A stretch of DNA of 46,259 bases from Ilumatobacteraceae bacterium (GTDB taxonomy: Bacteria; Actinomycetota; Acidimicrobiia; Acidimicrobiales; Ilumatobacteraceae), in contig DATKXG010000262.1 in the NCBI GenBank assembly GCA_035529175.1, positions 1 to 46,259 of the forward strand. The letters are read 5' to 3'. Shown here one piece after another: positions 9,814 through 18,805 of the stretch. Both the position numbers and the translations under genes were made by a program. Each line of letters starts with the position of its first letter. Positions within the stretch are counted from its first letter, which is position 1. The notes beneath the pieces are model-generated. The model worked only from the letters and a program-made list of their open reading frames with translations, did not search any database and had not been told where the DNA came from.

Positions 9814-11844
9814 TCAGAAGTCGAGGTTGCGCACGTCGCGTGCGTTGGTGGTGATGAAGTCCTTGCGGCTCGCGACGTCGTCGCCCATCAGGATCGACGT
9901 GATCTCGTCGGCCAGGGCAGCCTCTTCGACGTTGACCTGCAGCAGGGTGCGGGTGCCGTCGAGCATCGTTGTGGTGCGCAGCTCCTCCCAGTCCATCTCG
10001 CCGAGGCCCTTCAATCGCTGGAACGGCTTCTTGTGGTTGGGTCGTTCTTCGAGGAAGGCCGCCTTGGCGATGTCGTCTTTGAGGTACACCTTCTCCTTGC
10101 CGATTTCGGTGGAGTACAGCGGCGGCTGCGCGATGTAGCAGTAGCCCGCTTCGACCATCTCGCGCATCTGACGGAAGAAGAAGGTGAGCAACAGGGTGCG
10201 GATGTGGCTACCGTCGACGTCGGCGTCGGCGAGGCAGATCACCTTGTGGTAGCGGGCCTTGGTGACGTCGAACTCGTCGCCGACGCCGGCGCCGATCGCG
10301 GTGATCAACGCCTGGATCTCGTTGTTCTTCAGCATCTTGTCGACGCGGGCCCGTTCGACGTTGAGGATCTTGCCGCGGATCGGCAGGATCGCCTGCGTGC
10401 GCGGGTCGCGGGCGTCGACGGCGGTACCGCCGGCGGAATCTCCCTCGACGATGAACAGCTCGGACTCGTCGGCGTTCTTCGACGAGCAGTCCTTGAGCTT
10501 GTCGGGCATGCCCGCGCCGGACAGCGCCGTCTTGCGACGGATGGCGTTGCGGGCGTTCTTCGCCGCGACGCGCGCTTGCGCGGCAGCGAGGCCCTTCTTG
10601 ACGACCTTGTTGGCCTCGGTCGGGTTCTCCTCGAGCCACTCGGCCATGCGCTCGTTGGTGGCCTTCTGCACGAACGACCGCATCGGAACGTTGCCGAGTT
10701 TGGCCTTCGTCTGGCCCTCGAACTGCGGGTCGCGCAGCTTCACGGAGATGATCGCCGTGATTCCCTCGCGGATGTCCTCACCCGTGAGGTTGGGATCTTT
10801 CTCCTTGATCAGGTTCTTTGCCCGGGCGTACTTGTTGACCACGGAGGTGAGTGCCGTCTTGAAGCCTTCGACGTGCATGCCACCCTCGATGGTGGAGATG
10901 CCGTTGGCGTAACCGTGGATGCCCTCGTAGTACCCGGTGTTCCACTGCATGGCAATGTCGAGCATCTGGCCGTCGGCTTCGTCCTCGTCCTCGAACTGAC
11001 AGACCTTGGAGAACAACGGCTCCTTGGTGGCGTTGAGGTGCTTGACGAAGTCGACGATGCCGCCTTTGTACTGGTACTCGACCTGCTGTTCGCGGCCTTC
11101 GCGCTGGTCCTCGAAGGCGATGATCAGGCCACGGTTGAGGAACGCCATCGTCTGGAGGCGCTCGAGGACCGTGCGAGCGACGAACTCGACCCCCTCGGCG
11201 GCAAAGATCGTGGGGTCGGGCCAGAACGTGATCGTGGTGCCGGTGGTACGCCCTCGCTTGGGAGTGTCGCCGACGACGACCATCTTTCCCTGCGGTTTGC
11301 CGCCCTTGGCGTACTCCTGGCGATGGTGCTTGCCGCCGCGGTCGACTTCGATGATGAGGCGTTCGGACAAGGCGTTGACCACCGAGACGCCGACGCCATG
11401 GAGGCCGCCCGACACCTTGTAGCCGTCGCCGCCGAACTTGCCGCCGGCATGGAGCACGGTGAGCACGACCTCCGCGGCGCTCTTGCCCTTGTGTTCGCCG
11501 GACGTGAACGGGTCGACCGGGATGCCTCGTCCGTTGTCGTCGACCTGGCAGCCGCCGTCGGCGAGCAGCGTGACACCGATGCGCGTGCAGTGACCGGCCA
11601 TCGCCTCGTCGACGGAGTTGTCGACGACTTCCCAGATCAGGTGATGCAGGCCCTGCAGACCGGTGGAGCCGATGTACATGCCCGGGCGCTTGCGCACCGG
11701 GTCGAGCCCTTCGAGGACCTGAATGGCCTTGGCGTCGTAGGCGGCGGTCGTCGTGGCGGAATTGGTCGATTTCGACGACTTCCTCACCGGAGCCGGTGCG
11801 GTTTCGGTGGCGTCGTTCGATGTTGCTTCGGTGTCGTTGGACAC
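9814..11844 (-). CDS. gyrB: DNA gyrase subunit B
   Basis: IQVLEGLDPVRKRPGMYIGST, GLHHLIWEVVDNSVDEA (GHKL ATPase), the Toprim EGDSAGG motif and the C-terminal LKGLGEM are all present. The start is set at GTG 11844, preceded by GAGG 5 nt upstream. In-frame upstream starts (11892, 11955) cannot be excluded. Confidence 0.95.
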   Translation of the reverse strand: MSNDTEATSNDATETAPAPVRKSSKSTNSATTTAAYDAKAIQVLEGLDPVRKRPGMYIGSTGLQGLHHLIWEVVDNSVDEAMAGHCTRIGVTLLADGGCQVDDNGRGIPVDPFTSGEHKGKSAAEVVLTVLHAGGKFGGDGYKVSGGLHGVGVSVVNALSERLIIEVDRGGKHHRQEYAKGGKPQGKMVVVGDTPKRGRTTGTTITFWPDPTIFAAEGVEFVARTVLERLQTMAFLNRGLIIAFEDQREGREQQVEYQYKGGIVDFVKHLNATKEPLFSKVCQFEDEDEADGQMLDIAMQWNTGYYEGIHGYANGISTIEGGMHVEGFKTALTSVVNKYARAKNLIKEKDPNLTGEDIREGITAIISVKLRDPQFEGQTKAKLGNVPMRSFVQKATNERMAEWLEENPTEANKVVKKGLAAAQARVAAKNARNAIRRKTALSGAGMPDKLKDCSSKNADESELFIVEGDSAGGTAVDARDPRTQAILPIRGKILNVERARVDKMLKNNEIQALITAIGAGVGDEFDVTKARYHKVICLADADVDGSHIRTLLLTFFFRQMREMVEAGYCYIAQPPLYSTEIGKEKVYLKDDIAKAAFLEERPNHKKPFQRLKGLGEMDWEELRTTTMLDGTRTLLQVNVEEAALADEITSILMGDDVASRKDFITTNARDVRNLDF

Positions 11845-12034
11845 TCGTACCTCGATACTTCTGGCTGTCTGGCGGACATGCCGAAAAGGCATGCTGTTCT
11901 TGGCGTTCAACGAGGTCGGCCGGTTGATGTTCCGGTGTTCGTCCGGGGGGTGCAACCAGCGCCCACGTTGACGTCGCGAGTGGGTTCCATCCTACCAGCG
12001 GGGTGTCACAGAGTCGGGGAACCCGCGGGCGGAA

Positions 12035-12358
12035 TCACCGTCGTGACGACCCTGCCACACGCACCTCGATGTGCTCGATGTCGACCCCTGCGACCTCAGC
12101 GAGGCGGGCGGTGATCGTGCTGGACAGGAACTTGACCTGGGTGGCCCATGCCGGCTCGTCGGCCTCGACGGTGAGCACGCCCTGATCGAGCCGGACGGGA
12201 CGGACGTGCGCGGCGACGGTGGGGCCGACGGCGTCGTCCCAGCGTCCGAACACCCCACCGATCTGGATCCGGTCGGTGCCGCGCAGCGACTTCATGATCG
12301 AGTCGAGAGATCGAGAGATCGGCACCGGGTCGGACACGGCAGTCACCGTACTCCGCAT
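12035..12358 (-). CDS. DUF721 domain protein (DciA-like, position of M. tuberculosis Rv0004)
   Basis: This 107-aa protein contains WDDAVGPTVAAHVRPVRLDQGVLTVEADEPAWATQVKFL, the DUF721 core. It has the conserved position between recF and gyrB. Confidence 0.8.
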   Translation of the reverse strand: MRSTVTAVSDPVPISRSLDSIMKSLRGTDRIQIGGVFGRWDDAVGPTVAAHVRPVRLDQGVLTVEADEPAWATQVKFLSSTITARLAEVAGVDIEHIEVRVAGSSRR

Positions 12359-12424
12359 GCCTCGGGCGCCGGTGTGCGATGAGCGAACCGACCGGTTACC
12401 GACACATGACTCATCGCTGGTGGA

Positions 12425-13498
12425 TCAGACGACGCGACCGGCGTGGACGCGGAGGATCCGGTCGGCGCGCGCAGCGGGGGGAAGTTCGCTGGCGGTGGTG
12501 ATGATCACCTGGCCGGACGGGAGATGATCGAGCAACGCCGTCGCCCGGTGATCGTCGAGTTCGGAGAGGACGTCGTCGAGCACGAGGACCGGCGCGGAAC
12601 CGGTCCGATCGGTCACCAGCCGATGACTTGCGAGGCGCAGGGCGAGCGCCAGCGTTCGTTGCTCACCCTGCGACGCGTGGGTGCGGCTGGGGAGTCCGCC
12701 GATCGACATGGTGAGTTCATCACGGTGCGGTCCGACGGTACTGACACCGCGCCGGATGTCGAGTGGGCGCGAGGCGGCGAGCGCCGCGGTGAGTCCGCTC
12801 GAACGCCATGGCGGTTCGTAGACGAGATCGATCGGCGTCGGGCTGCCGGCCAGCTGTTCGTAGGCCTCCTGCACCATCGGAGCGAGGCGCGCGACCAGGG
12901 TCGAGCGGGCGTAGCCGAACTGGTCCGCGATGTCGGCGAACTTCGCGTCCCAGACGTCGAGCGTGACCTCGATCTCGTCGGTCAGCCGGCCGCCAGCCTG
13001 CTTGAGCAAGGTGTTGCGCTGGCGCACGATGCGGTCGATCTCGAGCCGGACCGTGTCGTACTTGACCGCGAGCGCGACGAGCGTGTCGTCGAGGTAGCGG
13101 CGCCGTTCGCCCGGGCTTCCCTTGACGAGGATCAGGTCATCGGGCGAGAACACCGTGACACGGACCGTGCCGAGTAGATCTCGTACCCGTTTGAGCCGTT
13201 GGCGGTTGACCTGGACGCGATTGCGGCCTGCCGCGGCGAGTTCGATCTCGATGAGGCTCTCGCGTTCGTCGTCGAGCACGGTGGCGCGGATGATCGCCGT
13301 CGACGCACCCACCCGGACCAGGGCATCACCCGGTGCGGAGCGGAAGCTGCTGAGGGTGGCCAGGAACGCCAGTGCCTCGGCGAGGTTGGTCTTGCCCTGG
13401 CCGTTGTCGCCGATGACCGCGGTCGTGCCCGAGGTCAGCTCGAACGTCCCCGACGCATAGTTCCTGAAGTCGACGAGTTCCAGATGCGACACGATCAT
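12425..13498 (-). CDS. recF: DNA replication and repair protein RecF
   Basis: LELVDFRNY and Walker A GDNGQGKTNLAEAL are at the N-terminus. The signature SQGEQRTLALALRLA and Walker B VLVLDDVLSELD are at the C-terminus. Confidence 0.95.
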   Translation of the reverse strand: MIVSHLELVDFRNYASGTFELTSGTTAVIGDNGQGKTNLAEALAFLATLSSFRSAPGDALVRVGASTAIIRATVLDDERESLIEIELAAAGRNRVQVNRQRLKRVRDLLGTVRVTVFSPDDLILVKGSPGERRRYLDDTLVALAVKYDTVRLEIDRIVRQRNTLLKQAGGRLTDEIEVTLDVWDAKFADIADQFGYARSTLVARLAPMVQEAYEQLAGSPTPIDLVYEPPWRSSGLTAALAASRPLDIRRGVSTVGPHRDELTMSIGGLPSRTHASQGEQRTLALALRLASHRLVTDRTGSAPVLVLDDVLSELDDHRATALLDHLPSGQVIITTASELPPAARADRILRVHAGRVV

Positions 13499-13708
13499 GA
13501 AGAACCCGCAGTCTCACAGAACGAACACCATCACCACCCACGTTTGTGTTCAGAACTTGGTGGAACGGGTCACGCAAATCCGTACGCAAACGGACAACGC
13601 CTCGACGAAAAACTCGCGTACAGCCGGCGAGGGAAGCGCCAGCGACGAGCCGGACCGAGGCCGACCCCGAACGACACGCTCCGAATTTCGGTGAGGCCTC
13701 GGAACTTG

Positions 13709-14812
13709 CTACGGCACGCGTACCGGCATGAGCAGGTACAGGTAATCGTCGCGTCCGACGCCGCGGAGGACCGCCGGCTTCATCGGATCCATCGTGGCGA
13801 GGGTGACGTCGTCGCTGTCGATGGCGTCGATGCCGGCCGAGAGGTAGTCGGGGTTGAACGCGACGGTCATCTCGGTGCCGTCGTAGCTGGCGTCGATCTC
13901 CTCGACCGCGTTGCCGACGTCCTGGGTGATCGCGGTCAGCTGCACGGTGTCGCCGCCGAGCGTCAGGCGCACGGGGGTCGAGTCCTGGGCGAGGATCTTG
14001 ACGCGGCGGATGGCTTCGAGCATCGCGGCCTTGCCGACGGTGAGCAGGTTGGGATAGCTCGACGGCAAGAGGTTGCGATAGTTGGGGAATTCGCCTTCGA
14101 TCAGCCGCGTGCTGAGACGGGTCCCACCGGCTTCGAAGGTGGCTTCGCGCTCGCCGAGGCGCACCTGGAGTTGTTCGACATCGCCGAGCAGGCGTTGGAG
14201 TTCATTGAGGGCTCGACCCGGGATCAGCACTTTCTGACCTGCTGCGAGCACGCCGGTGTCGGGCAGGTCGCGAACTGCGAGCCGGTACGAGTCGGTGGCG
14301 ACCATGCGCAGTCCGTCCTCGTCGGAGGCGAGCAGGACACCGGTGAGCACGGCGCGGGCATCGTCGGTGGACGCGGCGCGTACGACCTGGCGTAGCGCGT
14401 CACCCATGGCCTCGGCCGGCAAGGTCACCGGGTCGGCCGTGGGTTCGGCCTGGGTCGGGTAGTCGTCGAGCGACAGCGGCCGCACCGAGAACTGGGAGCG
14501 ACCGGCACTGATCGACATCTCGTCGTCGCCGAGTTCGACATGGACAGCACCGGCCGGCAGTGCCTTGACGATGTCGCCGACGAGGCGGGCCGGCACGACG
14601 GCGGCGCCATCGCGTTCGCCACCGACATCGACGCTGAGCCGGATGGTCAGCTCGAGGTCGGTACCGGTGACGGTGAGCGTGTCTCCTTCGACGTGCATGC
14701 GGACGCCGGCCAGGACCGGCAGCGTGCCCGTCCGGTTCGTCGCCGCCCGTCCAGCTGAGCCGATGGCATCGGCGAGCACATCACGTTCGCAACGAAATTT
14801 CACAGTGGGCAC
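13709..14812 (-). CDS. dnaN: DNA polymerase III beta sliding clamp
   Basis: VKFRCERDVLADAI...LPVLAGVRMHVEGDTLTVTGTDLELTI, ending LYLLMPVRVP. GTG 14812 follows GAGGAG; the second GTG at 14803 (VKFR...) is an equally plausible start. Confidence 0.95.
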   Translation of the reverse strand: MPTVKFRCERDVLADAIGSAGRAATNRTGTLPVLAGVRMHVEGDTLTVTGTDLELTIRLSVDVGGERDGAAVVPARLVGDIVKALPAGAVHVELGDDEMSISAGRSQFSVRPLSLDDYPTQAEPTADPVTLPAEAMGDALRQVVRAASTDDARAVLTGVLLASDEDGLRMVATDSYRLAVRDLPDTGVLAAGQKVLIPGRALNELQRLLGDVEQLQVRLGEREATFEAGGTRLSTRLIEGEFPNYRNLLPSSYPNLLTVGKAAMLEAIRRVKILAQDSTPVRLTLGGDTVQLTAITQDVGNAVEEIDASYDGTEMTVAFNPDYLSAGIDAIDSDDVTLATMDPMKPAVLRGVGRDDYLYLLMPVRVP

Positions 14813-15056
14813 TTCTCCTCATGCAGGGATGTCTCAATGTTCAATGTCAGTAGTAGGTGCTGTGGATTGGGGACAACCACGCGTTGTTGCAGCGTAGAGC
14901 GGTTGCGGGCGTCCACACGGGATGGGCGGGTGTTCCCCATGTCGCGAATTCCAACGATGTGCTCCGGTGGACAAGATGGTGTTGTCCACGGGTTCGCCGT
15001 CGTTGTCCGGTCGCCGTCCCCAATGTTGTTCGCGACGGGATCTCCTGGCGGTGAGA
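14813..15056. other. Candidate oriC (dnaA-dnaN intergenic spacer with a DnaA-box cluster and an AT-richer segment)
   Basis: Matches to the actinobacterial DnaA box TTGTCCACA/TGTGGACAA: TGTGGATTG 14861-14869, GCGTCCACA 14909-14917, GGTGGACAA 14966-14974, TTGTCCACG 14982-14990 and TTGTCCGGT 15003-15011. The locally AT-rich CTCAATGTTCAATGTCAGTAGTAGG (14833-14857) includes a tandem TCAATGT x2. Confidence 0.65.
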
Positions 15057-16445
15057 TCATGCCTTCAACTGCTGCAGCAGATCCGTGACCTGGTCGTAGA
15101 TCTGTTTGCGTTCGCTCATCAGGCGTTGGATCTTCTCGTTCGCGTGAATCACCGTGGTGTGGTCACGACCGCCGAACAGCCGGGCGATCGCCGGGTAGCT
15201 CAAGTCGGTGAGCTCACGGAAGACGTACATGGCGATCTGGCGGGCGGTGACGAGCGGGCGTTGGCGACTCCGGCCCTTGAGGTCCTCGACGGGGAACCTC
15301 AAGATGTCGGCGATGTCGGCGAGCAGCTCCTCGTCGGTGCGAGCCTTGGGCTTGCTGTCGTTGAGTAGGTCGGCGAGCTGCGTCTCGGCCAGGTCGGTGG
15401 TGATCGGTACCTGATTGAGGCTGGCGTAGGCGGTGACCCGGATCAGTGCGCCTTCGAGCTCGCGGATGTTGGTGGCGATGTTGGTGGCAATGAACTCGAG
15501 GGTCTCGTCGGGGACCAGCACCCGGTCGCGCTCGGACTTGTTGCGCAGGATGGCGAGTCGGGTCTCGAGGTCGGGTGGCTGGATGTCGGTGATCAACCCC
15601 CATTTGAAGCGCCCGCGGAGACGTTCCTCGAGCGTGGGGATGGCGTCGGGCATCCGATCGGAGGAGATGACGACCTGCTTGTTCGCGCCGTGGAGCGAGT
15701 TGAACGTGTGGAAGAACTCCTCCTGGAGCCCTTCCTTGCCGGCGATGAACTGGATGTCGTCGATCAGCAGGACGTCGATGTCTCGATACCGGCGACGCAG
15801 CGAGTTCGTGGTGTTCTGGCGGATCGCGTCGACGTATTCGTTCATGAACGTCTCGGTCGAGACGTAGCGCACCTCGTGGTGCTGGTAGTTGGAGTGGACG
15901 TAGTGCCCGATCGCGTGCAGCAAGTGGGTCTTGCCGAGCCCGGCGGAGCCGTAGATGAACAGCGGGTTGTAGCTACGGGCCGGGGTTTCGGCGACGCGGA
16001 GGGCCGCGGCGAGCGCGAACTGGTTCGAGGCGCCCTTGACGAAGGTCTCGAACGTGTAGCGCGGGTTGAGTCCGGCCTCATCGAGCAGCAGTGATCGCGT
16101 GGCGTCGGATCGGAGCGTTGCGGCGTGCAGTTCGGCCGCTTCGTCGTCGGAGGGCGCCGCGCTCGCGCCTTCCGGCTCGGGCTCGGTGGTCTCAGCGGTC
16201 GTCTCGACGTCGATCTCGACCGAGCGATGGCCCTCGTTCGCGTCCTGCAACGCTTCGGTGACGAGGGGCAGGTAGCGGCTCATGATGCGATCGCGCACGT
16301 AGCCGCTGGGTGCGAGCAGACGCAGGGTGTCGCCGTCGGAGGGCAAGGGTGACACATCCTGGAACGTCGAGAACCAGACCGACTCGGCGAGCTGTGATCG
16401 GAGCGAGAGTGTCACCTGTGTCCACACGTCTGCGCTGTCTGTCAC
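15057..16445 (-). CDS. dnaA: Chromosomal replication initiator protein DnaA
   Basis: AAA+ Walker A GSAGLGKTHLLHAIG, box VII and the C-terminal DNA-binding domain (RQIAMYVFRELTDLSYPAIARLFGGRDHTTVIHA) are present. The start is set at GTG 16445, preceded by GGGAG. The ORF-track GTG at 16481 would place DnaA boxes inside the coding sequence. Confidence 0.95.
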   Translation of the reverse strand: MTDSADVWTQVTLSLRSQLAESVWFSTFQDVSPLPSDGDTLRLLAPSGYVRDRIMSRYLPLVTEALQDANEGHRSVEIDVETTAETTEPEPEGASAAPSDDEAAELHAATLRSDATRSLLLDEAGLNPRYTFETFVKGASNQFALAAALRVAETPARSYNPLFIYGSAGLGKTHLLHAIGHYVHSNYQHHEVRYVSTETFMNEYVDAIRQNTTNSLRRRYRDIDVLLIDDIQFIAGKEGLQEEFFHTFNSLHGANKQVVISSDRMPDAIPTLEERLRGRFKWGLITDIQPPDLETRLAILRNKSERDRVLVPDETLEFIATNIATNIRELEGALIRVTAYASLNQVPITTDLAETQLADLLNDSKPKARTDEELLADIADILRFPVEDLKGRSRQRPLVTARQIAMYVFRELTDLSYPAIARLFGGRDHTTVIHANEKIQRLMSERKQIYDQVTDLLQQLKA

Positions 16446-16471
16446 TTGAGTCTCCCGATCGTCGTCGACAG

Positions 16472-16504
16472 TGGTCCACACCGTTGTCCACAGAATGTGG
16501 ACAT
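16472..16504. promoter_or_regulatory. Cluster of three DnaA boxes directly upstream of dnaA (autoregulatory region)
   Basis: TGGTCCACA 16472-16480, TTGTCCACA 16484-16492 (perfect) and the inverted TGTGGACAT 16496-16504. Confidence 0.6.
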
Positions 16505-16628
16505 GTCGGCGACCTACTGCGGGACAGCGAACCTACCACGTGTGATCGGTGAGGAAAACTTGGCTGACCATTGCGACGACAGGCCCAAATATGGGTCGTA
16601 CGCTGGTCTCATCCGTGCTGGCCGATCT

Positions 16629-16637
16629 TGTGGACAA
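16629..16637. promoter_or_regulatory. Perfect DnaA box in the dnaA-rpmH divergent intergenic region
   Basis: TGTGGACAA is the exact reverse complement of TTGTCCACA. Confidence 0.5.
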
Positions 16638-16790
16638 CTTACATCGGTGTGGTTTGGCATCGCCGGTTGGCACAAGTGCCAGGGTGGCCGTAGCCTTGCC
16701 AGGTCAGTCCGTGAGGCGCGCACCCGATCGAATGCGATCGATGTGGTCGTCGGCGGAACGTGATTTGCCTCGAACCGTCCGGAGTCAGCC

Positions 16791-16925
16791 GTGAAGCGTA
16801 CCTATCAGCCCAACAAGCGCCGCCGAGCCCGCAAGCACGGGTTCCGTGCGCGCATGAGCACTCGCGCCGGTCGTGCGGTGTTGAAGTCCCGCCGGGCCAA
16901 GGGCCGGGCCCGACTCTCCGCTTGA
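16791..16925 (+). CDS. rpmH: 50S ribosomal protein L34
   Basis: GTG 16791, preceded by GGAG at 16781-16784, gives [44 protein letters not shown] (44 aa). It is below the ORF-track size cut-off. Confidence 0.95.
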   Translation: MKRTYQPNKRRRARKHGFRARMSTRAGRAVLKSRRAKGRARLSA

Positions 16926-17299
16926 TCGACCGGGTCCGCGAACGCGACGCCTTCGTCCGCCTTCGGCGCGACGGGGTTCGGGTGCGGGCCGATCCGCTGT
17001 GGTGTTCGTTCGTCCTCGATCCCGACCTGGCTCCCCCGCAGGTGGCGTTCGCCATCGGTCGCGCCGTCGGTTCGGCCGTATCCCGCAATCGCTTGCGCCG
17101 TCGACTCCGTGCGGTGCTGGCGAACTCCGACGTCCCGCCGGGTCTGTATCTCGTCGGCGCGCGCGTTCCCGCGTGCGAACACACGTTCGCCGACGTGGAG
17201 CGCTCGGTGGCGGAACTGCTGCGCAAAGTGCGCACGCACCAGGACACAGTGCGGACGCACCAGGACACAGTGCGCAGCGACCGGAGCCTGCCGACATGA
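16922..17299 (+). CDS. rnpA: Ribonuclease P protein component
   Basis: [30 protein letters not shown]...[24 protein letters not shown] carries the RNR-type motif. TTG 16922 overlaps the rpmH stop (TTGA). The position between rpmH and yidD is conserved. Confidence 0.85.
   Translation: MIDRVRERDAFVRLRRDGVRVRADPLWCSFVLDPDLAPPQVAFAIGRAVGSAVSRNRLRRRLRAVLANSDVPPGLYLVGARVPACEHTFADVERSVAELLRKVRTHQDTVRTHQDTVRSDRSLPT
17228..17280 (+). repeat. 21-bp tandem repeat (about 2.5 copies) inside the 3' end of rnpA
   Basis: GTGCGCACGCACCAGGACACA (17228-17248), GTGCGGACGCACCAGGACACA (17249-17269), then GTGCGCAGCGA. It encodes [18 protein letters not shown]. Confidence 0.9.
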
Positions 17300-17556
17300 C
17301 GTGGAGCCAGCGTCGAGCACTGAGGTGGATCGAGGCGTATCAGCGTGCCTTTGCCGGCCGCCCATCGCCCTGCCGGTTCTATCCGACGTGTTCCAACTAT
17401 GCCCATGAGGCATTCGAGGTCCATGGTACCGCTCGTGGTGGTTGGCTGACCTTCACCCGGCTGCTGCGTTGTCGACCCCTGGGGCCGAGTGGCTTCGATC
17501 CCGTCCCTGATCCCACACCGAACGTTCACAACCTCACTGAGGGTGATATTCGGTGA
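17296..17556 (+). CDS. yidD: Membrane protein insertion efficiency factor YidD
   Basis: [30 protein letters not shown]...[17 protein letters not shown] is the YidD signature. ATG 17296 overlaps the rnpA stop (ATGA). Confidence 0.9.
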   Translation: MTWSQRRALRWIEAYQRAFAGRPSPCRFYPTCSNYAHEAFEVHGTARGGWLTFTRLLRCRPLGPSGFDPVPDPTPNVHNLTEGDIR

Positions 17557-17589
17557 TCATGCTGCCCCACCGAGAGGTCGACTGAGTCG

Positions 17590-18753
17590 ATGTTCGAGAT
17601 TCCTGCTGCCCTGCTGTCGTGGTTCTACGGACTGACGAACAGCTACACCATCGCCATTGCGATGATCGCCGCCGTCGTGATGGCGATCACGACGCCGCTG
17701 ACGCTCAAGAGCACCAAGGGCATGCTCGAGATGCAGAAGTTGGCGCCCGAGATGCGCAAGTTGCAGAACGAATACCGCAACGACCGCACCAAGCTCAACG
17801 AAGAGATGATGAAGCTCTACCAGGAGCACAAGGTCAATCCGATGGCCTCGTGTCTGCCCCTGCTCGCGCAGGCTCCGGTGTTCTACATCATGTTCCGGGT
17901 GATGCGCGGCATGGCCTACCGTCCCGTCGGGGCTGCTCGGCCGGTGTCCGACGCGGTGTGGACGGCGTTCGGTCGAGCCGACGAGGTTGCCGATCCGGGG
18001 TTCATTCCCCGGTATCTGGCGATCGACTCTGCGCTGTACAAGTCGCTCTTCGGCGAGCAGTCGATCATGTCGCTCGGCCTCGACTTGTCGAAGTCGGCCG
18101 CCCAGGCCGTCGGCGATGGGTTCGGCACTGGGATCTGGTACGTGCTGCTGGTCGTGCTGCTCGGGGCGCTGTACTTCGCCCAGCAGCGCATGGTTGCTGC
18201 TCGGGCGTCGATCAGCCCGACGATGTCGGCGGGTCAGCAGAAGCTGATGCAGTACCTGCCCGTGTTCTTCGCGATCTTCCAGATCTTCTTCCTGGCCGCA
18301 CTCGTCGTCTACTACGTCTTCCAGACGATCTTCCGAATCATGCAGCAGGCATACATCACCCGCGCGTTCTACGGCCACGACGAGTCACTCGGTCGGCAGG
18401 CCCAGCGCGCCGGCGAATCCGCTCGGGAGGAGGCCAAGAAGAATCCCGATGGCGGCGGTGGGTTCTTCGCGCAGGCCAAGCGTGATCTCGCCGGTCCGGC
18501 CGCCGACACCAAGGGTGCCGGCAACCCGAAGAACAGCAGTGCCAAGAAGCCCCCGACGAAGGACGCCACCGCCGCGAAGCCGGGGCCGACGCCGACGAGC
18601 AAGCGGGTGACGCCTCCCAAGAATCGCCCGACGCCGTCATCCGGGGCGAAGGGTCGGCCGACGCCGACACGACAAGAGGCGCAGGCCAACAAGACCAAGT
18701 CGAAGAAGTCGTCGAAGTCCACGCGACCGAACTCGCCGAAGAAATCCTCCTGA
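17590..18753 (+). CDS. yidC: Membrane protein insertase YidC (Oxa1 family) with long Lys/Pro-rich C-terminal tail
   Basis: PLTLKSTKGMLEMQKLAPEMRKLQNEYRNDRTKLNEEMMKLYQEHKVNPMASCLPLLAQAPVFY is the conserved 60-kDa IMP core. The last ~110 aa are basic low-complexity sequence (KKPPTKDATAAKPGPTPTSK...). Confidence 0.95.
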   Translation: MFEIPAALLSWFYGLTNSYTIAIAMIAAVVMAITTPLTLKSTKGMLEMQKLAPEMRKLQNEYRNDRTKLNEEMMKLYQEHKVNPMASCLPLLAQAPVFYIMFRVMRGMAYRPVGAARPVSDAVWTAFGRADEVADPGFIPRYLAIDSALYKSLFGEQSIMSLGLDLSKSAAQAVGDGFGTGIWYVLLVVLLGALYFAQQRMVAARASISPTMSAGQQKLMQYLPVFFAIFQIFFLAALVVYYVFQTIFRIMQQAYITRAFYGHDESLGRQAQRAGESAREEAKKNPDGGGGFFAQAKRDLAGPAADTKGAGNPKNSSAKKPPTKDATAAKPGPTPTSKRVTPPKNRPTPSSGAKGRPTPTRQEAQANKTKSKKSSKSTRPNSPKKSS

Positions 18754-18805
18754 CCGTTGGGCGAATGGGCGCCCGGTCACCGTGCAGCAGAAAGAGAACA
18801 TCACC

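Noticed and set aside
9811-12114. 767-aa plus-strand ORF
   Set aside because: It lies antisense to gyrB, has no recognisable motifs and shows the same shadow-frame composition.
13499-13708. 210-bp recF-dnaN spacer examined for a small gene or structured RNA
   Set aside because: There is no ORF with coding-like composition. Only weak, long-loop inverted repeats are present (CCGAGGCC...GGCCTCGG at roughly 13655-13700). Evidence for a feature is insufficient.
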